Origin: Octopus sinensis
Taxonomy: Eukaryota
Direction: 5' to 3'
Assembly: GCF_006345805.1 (NCBI RefSeq)
Contig: NC_043007.1
Coordinates: 20,088,001 to 20,152,000, forward strand
DNA length: 64,000 bases
Under the pieces are notes generated by a model that was not told where the DNA came from, did no database searches, and saw only the letters and a list, made by a program, of their open reading frames with translations. Positions 13,195 to 26,407 of this stretch are shown here, one piece after another. Made by a program: the position numbers and the translations under genes. Position 1 is the stretch's first letter. Each line of letters starts with the position of its first letter.

Positions 13195-13445
13195 CACACA
13201 CATCATCATCATCATCATTATCGTCGTCGTTTAACGTCTGCTTTCCATGCTAGCATGGGTTGGACGATTTGACTGAGGACTGGCGAACCAGATGGTTGCA
13301 CTAGACCCCAATCTTGATCTGGCAGAGTTTCTACAGCCAGATGCCCTTCCTAACGCCAACCCCTCCGAGAGTGTAGTGGGTGCTTTTATGTGCCACTGGC
13401 ACGAGGGCCAGCCAGACAGTACTGGCAACAGCCACGCTCAAATGG
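13195..13445 (-). mobile_element. Repeat family C
   Basis: Reverse copy with (CAT)n tail. Confidence 0.8.
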
Positions 13446-14384
13446 TGTGTTTTTTTGTGATGCAAATATATATGTATATATATGTGTATATATGCATGAA
13501 CATTGGGCTTCCACATAGTTTCTGCCAACGAAAGTCATCCACAAGGCATTGGTCAGTCTGGGGCTTACAGTAGAAGGCATTTGGCCAAAGTCCATGCAGG
13601 GGGACTAAATGTGAAACCAAGTAGTTACAAAGCAAGCTTAACCACACAGCCTTGCCAGGACACACACCCACACGCCACCACCACCACCACCACGGTATTT
13701 CATCTGTCTTTACGATCCGAGTTCAAATTCCGCCGAGGTCGACTTTGCTTTTCATCCTTTCAGGGTCAATAAATTAAGTACCAGTTGTGTACTGGGGGAG
13801 GGGTCGATCTAATCAACTGGCTGCCCCTCCCCATAAATTTTGGGCCTTGTGCCTAGAGTAGAAAAGAATTCTTTTAGTTTCAACCTAACAAATCCATTCA
13901 CTAACTTTGGTTGGCCTGATGCTGTACTAGAAGAAACTTGCCCAATGTGCCACATACTAGGACTGAACCAGGGACCTTATGTTTGGGAAGTGAGCTTCTT
14001 AACCCAACAGCTACCTCTGCACTTAAAATATGTGTAACCTATTATGATAGCACAGCAACAAGAAAAGCCTCACTAATAATTCAAAAGTCACAAAGAAACT
14101 ACTAAAAAATGCTTACATTAACACAATTCATTATTCCATTGTCATATGATAAAAAAAATCAGCTCGACCGCACCGGCTTCAACCCTTTGATGTATGTGAT
14201 ATGAAGACTGGGCAGTTGACGTCAAGAGCTATACAATTGCTTGATAGCGCCGAGAGCAGTGTAACCCATTCATAAGTGCAGTTGATTAAACAATGCTGGA
14301 AGTGTTACACCTTGAAGTGTTTGCTTTAAAAAAACTTTTATGTGAGTGTGTGCATGCATGCATATGTCTGTGTGTATGTGTATG

Positions 14385-14416
14385 TATATATACATTATAT
14401 ATATACTATATATACA

Positions 14417-14484
<68 letters not shown>

Positions 14485-14996
14485 CAATATATATATACAT
14501 ATATATATATACATATATATAATATATATATATACATATATATACATATATATACTACAATATATACATATATATATATACATATATATATATACATATT
14601 ATATATACATATATATATACATATATATATATCATACATATATATAAAATATTATATATACATATATATATACATATATATATACATTATATATAACATA
14701 TATATATATACATATATATATATACATATATATATATCATATATATACATATATATATATACATATATATACATATATATATATACTCTATATATACATA
14801 TATATATATACATACATATATATAACATATATAATATACATTATAATACTATATAATACATATATATATATACTATATATATATCATATATATATACATA
14901 TATATATCATATTATATCATAATATAATATATATACATATAATATATACATATATATATATACATATATATATATCATATATATATATACATATAT
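14385..14996. repeat. Compound (TA)n/(TACA)n microsatellite
   Basis: Low-complexity tract. Confidence 0.95.
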
Positions 14997-16265
14997 AGGC
15001 CAGGCTACCTCAAGCCGTAATCCTATCTCTTCCCATCTCTTCCCATCTCTCAGCCATTTCAGCCATTGGCGGTCTTTTTTTTCCTCCTCTCACCATTACG
15101 ATTCTATAATTTAAATTCCCAATTCAATGTCAACTCCCGTTCGATGTCCGCAGCAAGTTCTTAAAAATTTATCTTACTATTATTCGTTGTTACTACGTTT
15201 CTTCATACATTGTTACGAAAATTAACCTTTTAGGCTACTTTCAAGCCTTCGCCATAACTTGATTTATCTTTCTATCTCTCTCTACAAAATTTAGCCTTAG
15301 GCCAGGCTACCTCAAGCCGTAATCCTATCTCTTCCCATCTCTTCCCATCTCTCAGCCATTTCAGCCATTGGCGGTCTTTTTTCTCCTCTCACCATTACGA
15401 TTCTATAATTTAAATTCCCAATTCAATTTCAACTCCCGTTCGATGTCCGCAGCAAGTTCTTAAAAATTTATCTTACTATTTTATTCGTTGTTGTTACTAC
15501 GTTTCTTCATACATTGTTACGAAAATTTAACCTTTTAGGCTACTTTCAAGCCTTCGCCATAACTTGATTTATCTTTCTATCTCTCTCTACAAAATTTAGC
15601 TTAGGCCAGGCTACCTCAAGCCGTAATCCTATCTCTTCCCATCTCTCAGCCATTTCAGCCATTGGCGGTCTTTTTTCCTCCTCTCACCATTACGATTCTA
15701 TAATTTAAATTCCCAATTCAATTTCAACTCCCGTTCGATGTCCGCAGCAAGTTCTTAAAAATTTATCTTACTATTTTATTCGTTGTTACTACGTTTCTTC
15801 ATACATTGTTACGAAAATTTAACCTTTTAGGCTACTTTCAAGCCTTCGCCATAACTTGATTTATCTTTCTATCTCTCTCTACAAAATTTAACCTTAGGCC
15901 AGGCTACCTCAAGCCGTAATCCTATCTCTTCCCATCTCTTCCCATCTCTCAGCCATTTCAGCCATTGGCGGTCTTTTTTCCTCCTCTCACCATTACGATT
16001 CTATAATTTAAATTCCCAATTCAATTTCAACTCCCGTTCGATGTCCGCAGCAAGTTCTTAAAAATTTATCTTACTATTTTATTCGTTGTTACTACGTTCT
16101 TCATACATTGTTACGAAAATTTAACTTTTAGGCTACTTTCAAGCCTTCGCCATAACTTGATTTATCTTTCTATCTCTCTCTACAAAATTTAGCCTTAGGC
16201 CAGGCTACCTCAAGCCGTAATCCTATCTCTCCCATCTCTTCCCATCTCTCAGCCATTTCAGCCAT
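14997..16265 (+). repeat. Tandem array of ~300-bp monomers (4 full + 1 partial)
   Basis: Units start at 14997, 15299, 15603, 15896 and 16197 and are nearly identical. Confidence 0.95.
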
Positions 16266-17139
16266 GGCGGTGCGCCCGCCCCCCACCCCCACCACCAATA
16301 CCGATGAACACTGTTCTCACCCCCACCACCAATACCGGGAACACTGTTCCTCACCTCCCACCACCAATACCAGTATACCCTGTCCTCACCATCTACACCG
16401 GATACGCCTTACTCATCTACACGGGTACGCCCTACTCCCTCCCCCTCCCCCCACTACCCCTTCTCCTCATATGCTTTCACTGTGAAAAGACAAGCTGCTA
16501 GCGCCATAGCTCATCAACTGCCCACCGATCTTATGCTTCCTCCTGACACTGCCTCACGACTATCCCCTTTAGCACCCCCTCCCGCCTCGTAATATCCTAT
16601 GTTTTATTTCTTAGGAACCTACACCAACCCTTCCTGCCATCGTTCCTCCTTACCCCAACCTTCCCCACTGGTTGCCCTCCTATATTACCCGCCTCAACTG
16701 GACCTCCCCCTCCCCAACTCAACTCTAAATATCTGTATTTCTTTCCTCTACCTAATTACGTTACTCAGTGATGATAAATGCTGTGACTACAAAGACCCGG
16801 GCTGCTTTCTGCAGCAATTCCACATACCCCCCCTCTCATTCTAAGTACCCCGGATCCCCAAAGTACCCCGGACCTCGTTGCCCATGTGCCGCTGACACTT
16901 AAAATATGCTCGACCGATCGTGACGATGCCGGACCCTCCGGCCCCTGTGCAGGTGGCACGTAAAAAGCACCCAATCCACTCACGGAGTGGTTGCGTTAGG
17001 AAGGGCATCCAGCCGTAGAAACTCTGCCAGATTCAGACTGGAGCCTGGTGCGGCCCCTGGCTTCCCAGACCCGGTCAACCGTCCAACCCGTGCTAGCGCG
17101 GAAAGCGGACGTTAAACGATGATGATGATGATGATTGAT

Positions 17140-17329
17140 GATATATATATACATTATATATATATACATATATATATATACATATATATATATACATATA
17201 TATATATACATATATTATATACATATATTTATATATACATATATATATATAATATTAATAATATACATATATATATACATATATACATATATATATACAT
17301 ATTACATAATATATTATATATATAACATA

Positions 17330-17361
<32 letters not shown>

Positions 17362-17408
17362 GTATATATACATATATAATATATATATATATATATATAC
17401 ATATATAT

Positions 17409-17446
<38 letters not shown>

Positions 17447-17570
17447 CATGCATATGTGTGTGTGTGAGTATATATATATATACATATATATACATACATA
17501 TATTATACACACACATATATACACACATATATATATATGCATGCATATGTGTGTGTGTGAGTATATATAC

Positions 17571-17601
<31 letters not shown>

Positions 17602-17626
17602 CATACATATATATATACATACATAC

Positions 17627-17659
<33 letters not shown>

Positions 17660-17795
17660 CATACATACATACATACATATATATATATATATACACACAA
17701 ATATATATATGCATGCATATGTGTGTGTGTGTATATACATATATATATATATACATACATACATATTATATTACATACATACATATATATATATG
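17140..17795. repeat. Compound (TA)n/(CATA)n microsatellite
   Basis: Low-complexity tract. Confidence 0.95.
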
Positions 17796-17829
17796 CAGCT
17801 GTGTAGGTGTGTGTGTGCATGCGTATGTA

Positions 17830-19085
17830 CAGTGACATGACAGAGGTAAACAGAGACCCCATAAAACCTCGTTTTATGTTCATTCAAACTCATATTGGTT
17901 TATATGTTTTATTAATTGACATTTTTATGTTTCAGGTTCTATATGCGACTGTTTAATCATGCCATTTACAAAAGAAGCCTTGGAACTGTCTGAATTTCAA
18001 AGAGGCCATACTGTGGGTCATTCTAAAAGTAGATATAGTCAGTACAAAATTGCAGAAAACCTTGGGATCCCGCTTTCTGCAGTTTATTGAGTGATTGTGC
18101 AATTCACCAGAGAGAGGAAGGAGTCCACATAACCTTGCCCAGATCAACCAGGGCCCTCTGACAGGACCCTTCTCTTTGCTAGGAGAAGTGTGGAGGATAA
18201 TCCTCATCGCAGGGCCTCTGACAAAGCAGAACAAGTTGATGTCAGTCCCGGAACAGCTGTTAGGTATCTCCACAAACTTGATTAATACGGCAGAGCAGCA
18301 AGAGAAAAACTACTTCTTCAACTAGCCAACATCAAGTGGAGAAAAGATTGAGCCAGTGAGATGGTTCAGAGGCCACTAGTATTTTGGGACACTGTCATAT
18401 TCTCTGACGAGTCCAGATTTGCTGTATTTCCTGACAGTGGTCAAGTGTGGGTCTGGGAATTCTGTGATCAAGAATTTGATGTGAAAAGATTGCAGCCAAC
18501 CATGAAATATGGCAGCTATTCTGTGATGGTCTGGGGAGCAATTTGGAGCAATGGTTGATCAGAGCTGGTGGAGTGTGAGGGAAACATAAACTCCGATAAA
18601 TATGTGTCCATATTGCAGAAAGGACTCCTTCCAAACTTCTCCAGTGGTGAAATGATTAAAGAAGACTCTCTATTTGTGGAAGATGGGGATTCTTGTCACA
18701 TGGCTAAAATGACCCAGGGTTTCTTGGATGAGAATGGCTTTAAAAAGTTTCCATGGCCAAGCCAGTCACCAGATATGAACCCTATTGAACACCTCTGGGA
18801 CATAATGGACTGGGCACTTCATAAAAAGAACAAGAAAGCATCTTCAAAGCCAGATCTTTTGAGATTGCTGCATGAAACTTGGCAAAAAATTCCTCAAGAG
18901 AATATTCGTCATCTGATCAGTAACATGCCTAATAGGGTCCTTGCATTGAAAAATGTAAAGGGCATGTCTACAAAATATTAAATATTCACAGTATAACAAT
19001 TAATAAATAATTTGAATGTATAATTTCAGATTTAAATAAATTTCAACGATTATAAGGGTGTCTATTTACTTCTGTCACGTCTGTG
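17830..19085 (+). mobile_element. Tc1 DNA transposon, full-length but defective (1256 bp)
   Basis: ~30-bp imperfect TIRs (CAGTGACATGACAGAGGTAAACAGAGACCC / GGGTGTCTATTTACTTCTGTCACGTCTGTG), TA on both flanks. Confidence 0.92.
17959..18981 (+). pseudogene. Tc1 transposase pseudogene (DD34E)
   Basis: N-terminal ELSEFQRG..IAENLGIP HTH with stops, VIFSDESRF, EDGDSCH, WPSQSPDMNPIEHLW. 34 residues lie between the second D and E. In-frame TGA at 18556-18558. Confidence 0.92.
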
Positions 19086-19114
19086 TATGCACCCCGCCAC
19101 ACACATGTATATAT

Positions 19115-19620
19115 AATTTCTTTATTGCCCACAAGGGGCTAAACATAGAGGGAACAAACAAGGACAGACAAAGGGATTAAGTCGATTATATTGACCCCAG
19201 TGAGTAAATGGTACTTATTTAATTGACCCCGAAAGGATGAAAAGCAAAGTCGACCTCGGTGGAATTTGAACTCAAAACGTAGCGGCAGACGAAATACCGC
19301 TAAGCATTAATTTATCAACCCCGAAAGGATAAAAGGCAAAGTCGACCTCGGTGGAACTTGAACTCAGAACGTAAAGAAAGACGAAATGCCTATTTCTTTA
19401 CTACCCACAAGGGGCTAAAAACAGAGGACAAACAAGGACAGACAAATGGATTAAGTCGATTACATCGACCCCAGTGCGTAAATGGTACTTATTTAATCAA
19501 CCCCGAAAGGATGAAAGGCAAAGTTAACCGTGGCAGAATTTGAACTCAGACGTAGCAGCAGACGAAATACTGCTAAGCGTTTCATCCGGTGTGCTAACGT
19601 TTCTGCCTGCTCGCCACCTT
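19115..19620 (-). mobile_element. SINE family B multimer
   Basis: About three units behind one head. Confidence 0.85.
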
Positions 19621-20588
19621 TTAGCCTTCTTTTAATTTCTGTCTATCAAATCCACTCACAAGGTGTTATGCAGTGTGCTGTGGGATTGAACCCAGAACCA
19701 TGTCGATGGGAAGCAAGCATCTTAACCGCACAGCCATGACTGCACCTACACAAACACACCCACGTATCAAGAATTTCTATCATGATAAGGCCATATGGCC
19801 AAGAGTTACACCAAAGGTTTTGTATATTATCGAAAGAGATATAATACAAATAAGTTATTATTTGGTGGATAGCTACTTGATGTCACATGGAAGCTTCCTG
19901 AAACAATTTGTAGAATGGGTGTATATCCTGAGGAAGGAAGTTTCATTCCTGACAAATATTTACACCAAGAATATGCTAAAATATTTCAAAATGAGAAACA
20001 GAATTACTAGCTAAGAACAATATATATTAAGAATACCAGAATCATTATCATTTTGCAAGGCTTTGATCGGCTCAGGGCTACAGTTGAAGACATAATACTG
20101 CATGTATAATTCCAAAGTTATCAAGTACATTCTAGTTTTGTCGCCAAAGTGTTGACTTGGTAGCTTATTTTCTAGTGGTGATTCAAGATGGTGAGCTGGC
20201 AGAAACGTCAGCACGCTGGTTTTTGAACTCACGACCTTACAATCGCGAGCCCGATACCCTAACCATTAATCCACACGCCTCCACACACACACACACATAC
20301 ACACGTTTACAAATACACATACACATTCAAGTTTAATAGAATTTACAGCAACCAGATTTGCTCACAAGGTATTGAAGTGAAGGTAAAGAATACGCACACC
20401 CGAGGTTTAGGGGTAGGATTATCCAAAAACAGGTGGTGTGTGTATTCTTTACCTCCGCCGGCATTGGTTGGCTAGAGCCTATAGTAGGAGACACTGCCTA
20501 AGGTTCCACATGCCGTACAGTAGGACTGAACCTGAAACCATATAGGTGCAAAGCAAGTTTCTTAATCATGCCTGGTTAGGAAACTCCC

Positions 20589-21002
20589 GGATCTTTTTGG
20601 TTTGAACGGCAGTTTTTTAAAATAATTTCCACGTAACTAAACACTTTTAAACTTCGTATACTGGTAGAATGTTTTATAAAACATATTTTTCTCTTGGCTT
20701 TATTGAGAAATTTCTATAGCTTGTAAGATATTTGTAGTTTTCTTTCTTCAATTTCTGCAATTTCAACCAATCAATGACGTCTATTGTGGTCAAAAAACAT
20801 TCTGTGCCGTATGAATACGTCCCTCGTTTAGGAAACAGATTGCGTTTATTTACATTTGTGAAGAAAAAAAGATACCTTCCCCTAACCCTAACTAACCCTA
20901 ACGCAGATTGAAATGCAATAGATCGATACTAGGGTCGTAATTATGGGTGACAATTTCATATGACACTGCTAGAAAAAACTGCCGTTCAAACCGAAAAGAT
21001 CC
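20589..21002. mobile_element. Same MITE family as 21515-21935
   Basis: Colinear copy; TSD not preserved. Partial copies at ~35240-35510 and ~46250-46372. Confidence 0.82.
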
Positions 21003-21514
21003 AAAATAAATATATATGTGATGTTACTACAGCAATAGTTCGTTCCATGCAGTTTCTCATCTAAGCATTAGACATGCAGCTATAAGCCAAGCCTGATTGT
21101 AAGAGACACGAGAAAAAAAGAAAAAAATTAAAAAAGCAGGAGTGTTGTTAAAAGGTTATATAACGGGGACGGCAACAACAACAACAACAACATAGAAAAG
21201 AAAAAAACATATGATACAACAGCAAGTTGTCATGTGTTAATTAACATAGCTTGTGACTAAAACTTTCAGTCACAAGTGTCCCAGCTTTTGGCACAGAGAT
21301 AAGTACTTCTACCGAAAGGAAAACATTTTGACTGACTAAATTATCTAGATATTAGTTTTTAAACAAGGAATATTGTGTAGTACCACGAGAATTAATGATA
21401 TTTACATATCTGTTGACATGAAAGTGGTTCGCCCACAAGAGTAATGTGAGGGATTTTGTAAACAACTAAATACTTGAGTATTTAAAAAAACCAAAGATAC
21501 ATATAAAAAAATAC

Positions 21515-21935
21515 GGATCTTTTCGGTTTGAACGGCAGTTTTTTAAAATACTTTCCACGTAACTAAACACTTTTAAACTTCGTATACTGGTAGAATGTGT
21601 TTATAAAACATCTTTTTCTCTTAGCTTTATTGTGAAAATTCTATAGCTTGTAAGATATTTGTTGTTGTTTTTTTCTTCAATTTCTGCAATTTCAACCAAT
21701 CAATGACGTCTATTGAGGTAAAAAAACAAAAACATTCTGTGTCGTATGAATATGTCCCTCATTTAAGAAACAGATTGAGTTTATTTACATTTGTGAAGAA
21801 AAAAAAATACCCTTCTCCCCACCCCTAACCCTAAAACAGATTGAAATGCAATAGATCGATACTAGAATCATAATTATGGGTGAAAACTTCATATGACACC
21901 GCTAGAAAAAACTGCCGTTCAAACCGAAAAGATCC
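21515..21935. mobile_element. MITE with GGATC...GATCC ends, 8-bp TSD and internal CCCTAA repeats
   Basis: ~29-bp TIR GGATCTTTTCGGTTTGAACGGCAGTTTTT; TSD AAAAATAC on both sides. Confidence 0.85.
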
Positions 21936-22034
21936 AAAAATACAGGGTTTAAAATATATACCCTGTATGTATAAACTATTGACTAAAACTGGATCTGACT
22001 GTTAATATCTTGTTTTCCGTTTATGCATATTCCA

Positions 22035-22270
22035 TGGAGGCGCGTGGCTTAGTGGTTAGGGTGTCAGCATCAAGATCGTAAGATTGTGGTTTCGATTCCT
22101 GGACCAGGCGACGTGTTGTGTTCTTGAGCAAAACACTTCATTTCACGTTGCTCCAGTCCACTCAGCTGGCAAAAATGAGTAACGCTGCGATGGATTGGTG
22201 TCCAGTCCAGCTGGGGAACACATACACCATAGAAACCAGGGAACCGGGCCCATGAGCCTGGCTAGGCTTT
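22035..22270 (+). mobile_element. SINE family D (tRNA head + CORE-like TGTGTTCTTGAGCAAAACACTT...CAGTCCACTCAGCTG)
   Basis: A box TGGCTTAGTGG, B box GTTTCGATTCC. Related copies at 40640-41015(-), 52975-53360(-), 54125-54330(-), 62720-62980(-). Confidence 0.8.
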
Positions 22271-22789
22271 AAAAGGGCGCATTTATTTATATTTTTTTAT
22301 GTATACAGGTACAATTCGGTTGTGTGGTTAAGAAGCTAGCTTTGTAACAACGTGGTTTTAAGTTCAGTACTACTGCACAGCACCTTGGGCATGTGTCTTC
22401 TACTACGGCTCCAGGTTGATCAATGCTTTGGGAGTGAATTTGGTAGATGAAAACTAAGTGGAAGCCCATCATATATATATATATGTATTTATATATCTAT
22501 GTTTTTGTGTCTGTGTTTGTCCCCCCGACCATCGCCATCGCTTGACGACTTCTCGTAACTTAGCGGATAAGCAAAAAATGTCTGACAGAATAAGTACTAG
22601 ATTTCAAAAAAAAACAAAAACTTTGGTTTATTTGTTTCATTAAAACCCTTGAAAGTGATGCCCCAGCATGGCCACAGTGCAATGACTGAAGCAAGTAAAA
22701 AGATAAAAGATAAGATGCACAAATAATTTTAATTAAATCTGACAACGAAAGAGGCACTGCTGGGGTGAAAGAAAAAAGTCCCAAGAAAA

Positions 22790-23400
22790 ATGGATACTTT
22801 TCTACACTAGGCACAAGGCCCGAAATTTTGGGGGAGAGGGCCAGTCGATTAGATCGACTCCAGTACACAACTGGTACTTAATTTATTGACCCCGGAAGGA
22901 TGAAAGGCAAAGGTGGACTCGGCGGAATTTGAACTTGAAACGTAAAGACTGACGAAATACTGCAAAGCATTTCGCTTGGCATGCTAACGTTTCTTATTTC
23001 TTTATTGCCCACAAGGGGCTACACACAGAGGGGACAAACAAGAACAGACAAACGGATTAAGTCGATTATATCAACCCCAGTGCATAACTGGTACTTAATT
23101 TATCAACCCCGAAAGGATGAAAGGCAAAGTCGACCTCAGCGGAATTTGAACTCAGAACGTAATGACAGACGAAATACCTCTTTCTTTACTACTCACAAGG
23201 GGCTAAAAACAGAGAGGACAAACGGATTAAGTCGATTATATCGATCCCAGTGTGTAACTGGTACTTAATTTATCAACCCCGAAAGGATGAAAGGCAAAGT
23301 TGATCTCAGTGGAATTTGAACTCAGAATGTAACGGCAGATGAAATATGGTTACACATTTCACCCGGCGTGCTAACGTTTCTGCCAGCTCACCGCCTTCCA
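22790..23400 (-). mobile_element. SINE family B cluster
   Basis: Dimer plus an adjacent separate copy. Confidence 0.85.
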
Positions 23401-23704
23401 AAATCAAAAAAATGGATACTGACACAATAATTGCAATTCTGACAAGATTTAATAACTCAGTAAATTGGTATTTGCGTTACCAATCCTGTAGTATGAATAA
23501 ATTATTTCTGGTGCATCTGTCCTTGTTTTCAAGGGGATTGGTTAAAAATAAGAAGCACAGTGATAAATGAATCACCTCCTTGCAATATGTAAACTCATTG
23601 ACACCAAATTTATGGATTACAGCTGTGAAGCAGTAAAGGATATAATTGCAATGCAGGATAAAGCTGGTTTCAGTTCCAATGTATATGTGTGTGTGTGTGT
23701 GTGT

Positions 23705-24010
23705 GTGGAAACGCAATGGGCCAGTGGTTAGGACAGCAGACTTGCAGTCGTGGGATCGCAGTTTCGATTCCCAGACCGTGCATTGTGAGTGTTTATTGAG
23801 CGAAAACACCTAAAAGCTCCACGAGGCTTCGGCAGGGAGTGGGTGGCGATCATTGCTGTACTCTTTCGCCACAACTTTCTCTCACTCTTTCTTCTGTTGG
23901 CCTGCTCGCTTAACCAGCGGGGTGGCGTCATTTGAAGGCTAAAACAATGTGAAGCGCATTGTGACCAGCGATGTGTAGCAACATCTGATAGCCTGGTCGG
24001 TCACGGTCAC
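23705..24010 (+). mobile_element. tRNA-derived SINE sharing head and body with 53560-53940 but with a different tail
   Basis: Near-identical first ~185 nt, unrelated 3' halves. Confidence 0.8.
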
Positions 24011-24192
24011 AGTTTGCATGATCATGCTGCAAGGCTGTGTATTTTTTTTTAAATACAGGTTTATACACTCACACCCGTCAACAATGGGACCAGCAAACAG
24101 AAAAACTATTAAGTGCCTGATCCTAACAAATGACACAGACAAGTGTATTTTCTACAGGGAAAAATAGAGATGATTAAGAAAAAATATATATA

Positions 24193-24356
24193 GGGTGCAG
24201 GAGTGGCTGTGTGGTAAGTAGCTTGCTAACCAACCACATGGTTCCGGGTTCAGTCCCACTGCGTGGCATCTTGGGCAAGTGTCTTCTGCTATAGCCCCGG
24301 GCCGACCAATGCCTTGTGAGTGGATTTGGTAGACGGAAACTGAAAGAAGCCTGTCG

Positions 24357-24429
<73 letters not shown>

Positions 24430-24645
24430 TTGTGTGTCTGTGTTTGTCCCCCTAGCATTGCTTGACAACTGATGCTAGTGTGTTTATGTCCCCGTCACTT
24501 AGCGGTTCGGCAAAAGAGACCGATAGAATAAGTACTGGGCTTACAAAAGAATAAGTCCCGGGGTCGAGTTGCTCGATTAAAGGCGGTGCTCCAGCATGGC
24601 CGCAGTCAAATGACTGAAACAAGTAAAAGAGTAAAAGAGTAAAGA
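24193..24645 (+). mobile_element. SINE family A, full length
   Basis: Aligns with 333-735; expanded internal (TA)n(TG)n. Confidence 0.9.
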
Positions 24646-25329
24646 GTATATAACTGTGAAAGCTTTGTAGCCAATATATATGTTCACAGTTTGCTTAAGC
24701 TTAAATAGGCTCATATTGGCTTGCATGCTTGTTTTTCTGCAAGTGGTCACATGATCTGGTCACATATTGACCTACCACTTCTGGCTCTCATCACATCACA
24801 TGACAGACCAGCCAAGTGCAGGAAATTTAGGTCTATCTGCTGAGAAGCCTACTTTCAGCTATGCCAGGAAACCTTTCCCGCTATTTCTTCAATGAGCTTA
24901 GATGTGCAGTCAAGTTCAGATCTTCAGCCAAAGAGAAGCTTATTTCACAGGCAGCTTTTGGTATCCTTTGACACTTACGTTTGTTCCTGTCTTCCGGCAG
25001 AAGTTATGTCACATATTTGTTTTTCTGTTCTGCACTGCATACATTATGTACCAACTTGTTAGTGTAAAATATTTGTTGCAAAATAAATTTAAAATTTAGA
25101 AGCAGCAATAAAGCAATCGCCTACAATTTTATAATTTTAAACAAATGCAAAGTATAGAAAATTCTTGATTCTGTAATTTGATTATTTGACTATTAATGCA
25201 TAAAGTATACAAGCATCCCTCAAAAAACTTTCTGAGATTAAAGTGGCCTGCAATGTAATTCAAGCTGGCCAGGACTGTTCTAGACTAATCACATAGGGAG
25301 CCCCTATGTGGTCGCCTTCAAATGATATA

Positions 25330-25790
25330 CCATCATCATCATCATCATTTAACTTCCGCTTTCCATGCTAGCATGGGTTGGACGATTTTGACTGAAGGCT
25401 GGTGAACCAGATGGCTGCACCAGGCTCCAATCTTGATCTGGCAGAGTTTCTACCACTGGATGCCCTTCCTAACACCAACCACTCCGAGAGTGTAGTGGGT
25501 GCTTTTTACGTGCCACCTGCACAGGGGCCAGTCAGGTGGTACTGGCAACGACCCCGCTCAAATGGTGCCACTGGCATGGAAGTCAGTTAGTCGCTCTGGC
25601 AACAATCATGCTCAGATGGTGCTCTTGGCACCCTACTAGCATAGAACACAAGTGCCAGTAAGGTGACGCTGGTAACAATCACACTCGAATGGTGCCTTTT
25701 ATGTGCCACTGGCACGGAAGCCGGTTAGCCACTCTGTCAATGAGCACACTTTGTATGGTGTTCTTTGCACCCCACTAGCACGGATGCCAG
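25330..25790 (-). mobile_element. Repeat family C with 5' tandem subrepeats
   Basis: Core plus several GTGCCAC.GGCAC subunits. Confidence 0.8.
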
Positions 25791-26186
25791 TCATAAAAAA
25801 AAGTTGGGTTGAGGAAGGACATAATATATTTGTAAATATCTCTAAAAAAGCCAAGATCGTCACAGCTTGAACAGCTTTGATCACAGTTCGGTCTGCAGGA
25901 TGAGAATTTAGTTAAAACCGATTCCTCTCAACATTCACATTTTACTTTAGTTGAATACCATGGGTGATATTGAATAAACCCTACTTCAAGAAGCCTACAT
26001 ATAAAATGTTACAGACCTGCTTACATCTGTGCTTTGAATAACTGATGTTGAATGTTTCAACCAAACAAAATGACCTGATTATCAGCTATCATTTTTCATT
26101 AGAATAATATATTCAGGTAAAACAAAAGTCCCCTTTCTCTGGCACATACTGATATGACAGCTGCTAAAGTAATTTACTCTTTTTAA

Positions 26187-26407
26187 CCCTTTAGTGTTCA
26201 GATTAATCTGTTAAATGTAATACTTTTATCACTCAAATTGTTTTGAATTAATCATGCATTATCTTACAGCTTTGAAGTTTCAATGGTGTGATAGTTTATT
26301 CTTAGAATGTCAATGTAGGTTAGGTATGAGGGGCTGGATATGGCCAGTTTGAATGTAAAACATGTAGGATATTTGGGCCAGATATGGCCGGCTTAAACAC
26401 CAAAGGG
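26187..26407. mobile_element. piggyBac-type MITE (221 bp)
   Basis: TTAA|CCCTT ... AAGGG|TTAA. Fragments near 32278 and 43170-43218. Confidence 0.8.

Noticed and set aside
14200-14305. H/ACA snoRNA
   Set aside because: The H-box-like AGAGCA and the ACA fall on the strand opposite the host gene, the ACA is inside a stem, and pocket spacing does not fit.
14270-17883. Numerous YI/IY-rich ORFs
   Set aside because: Translations of (TA)n/(TACA)n microsatellites.
20589-21935. Helentron/HINE interpretation of the TTAGGG-bearing MITEs
   Set aside because: An exact 8-bp TSD flanks the 21515-21935 copy, favouring cut-and-paste transposition.
22731-22800. YPFFLGLFSF... as a candidate SGPP exon 2
   Set aside because: Lacks the SRxxxGMH motif and abuts a SINE; the true exon is at 8695-8784.
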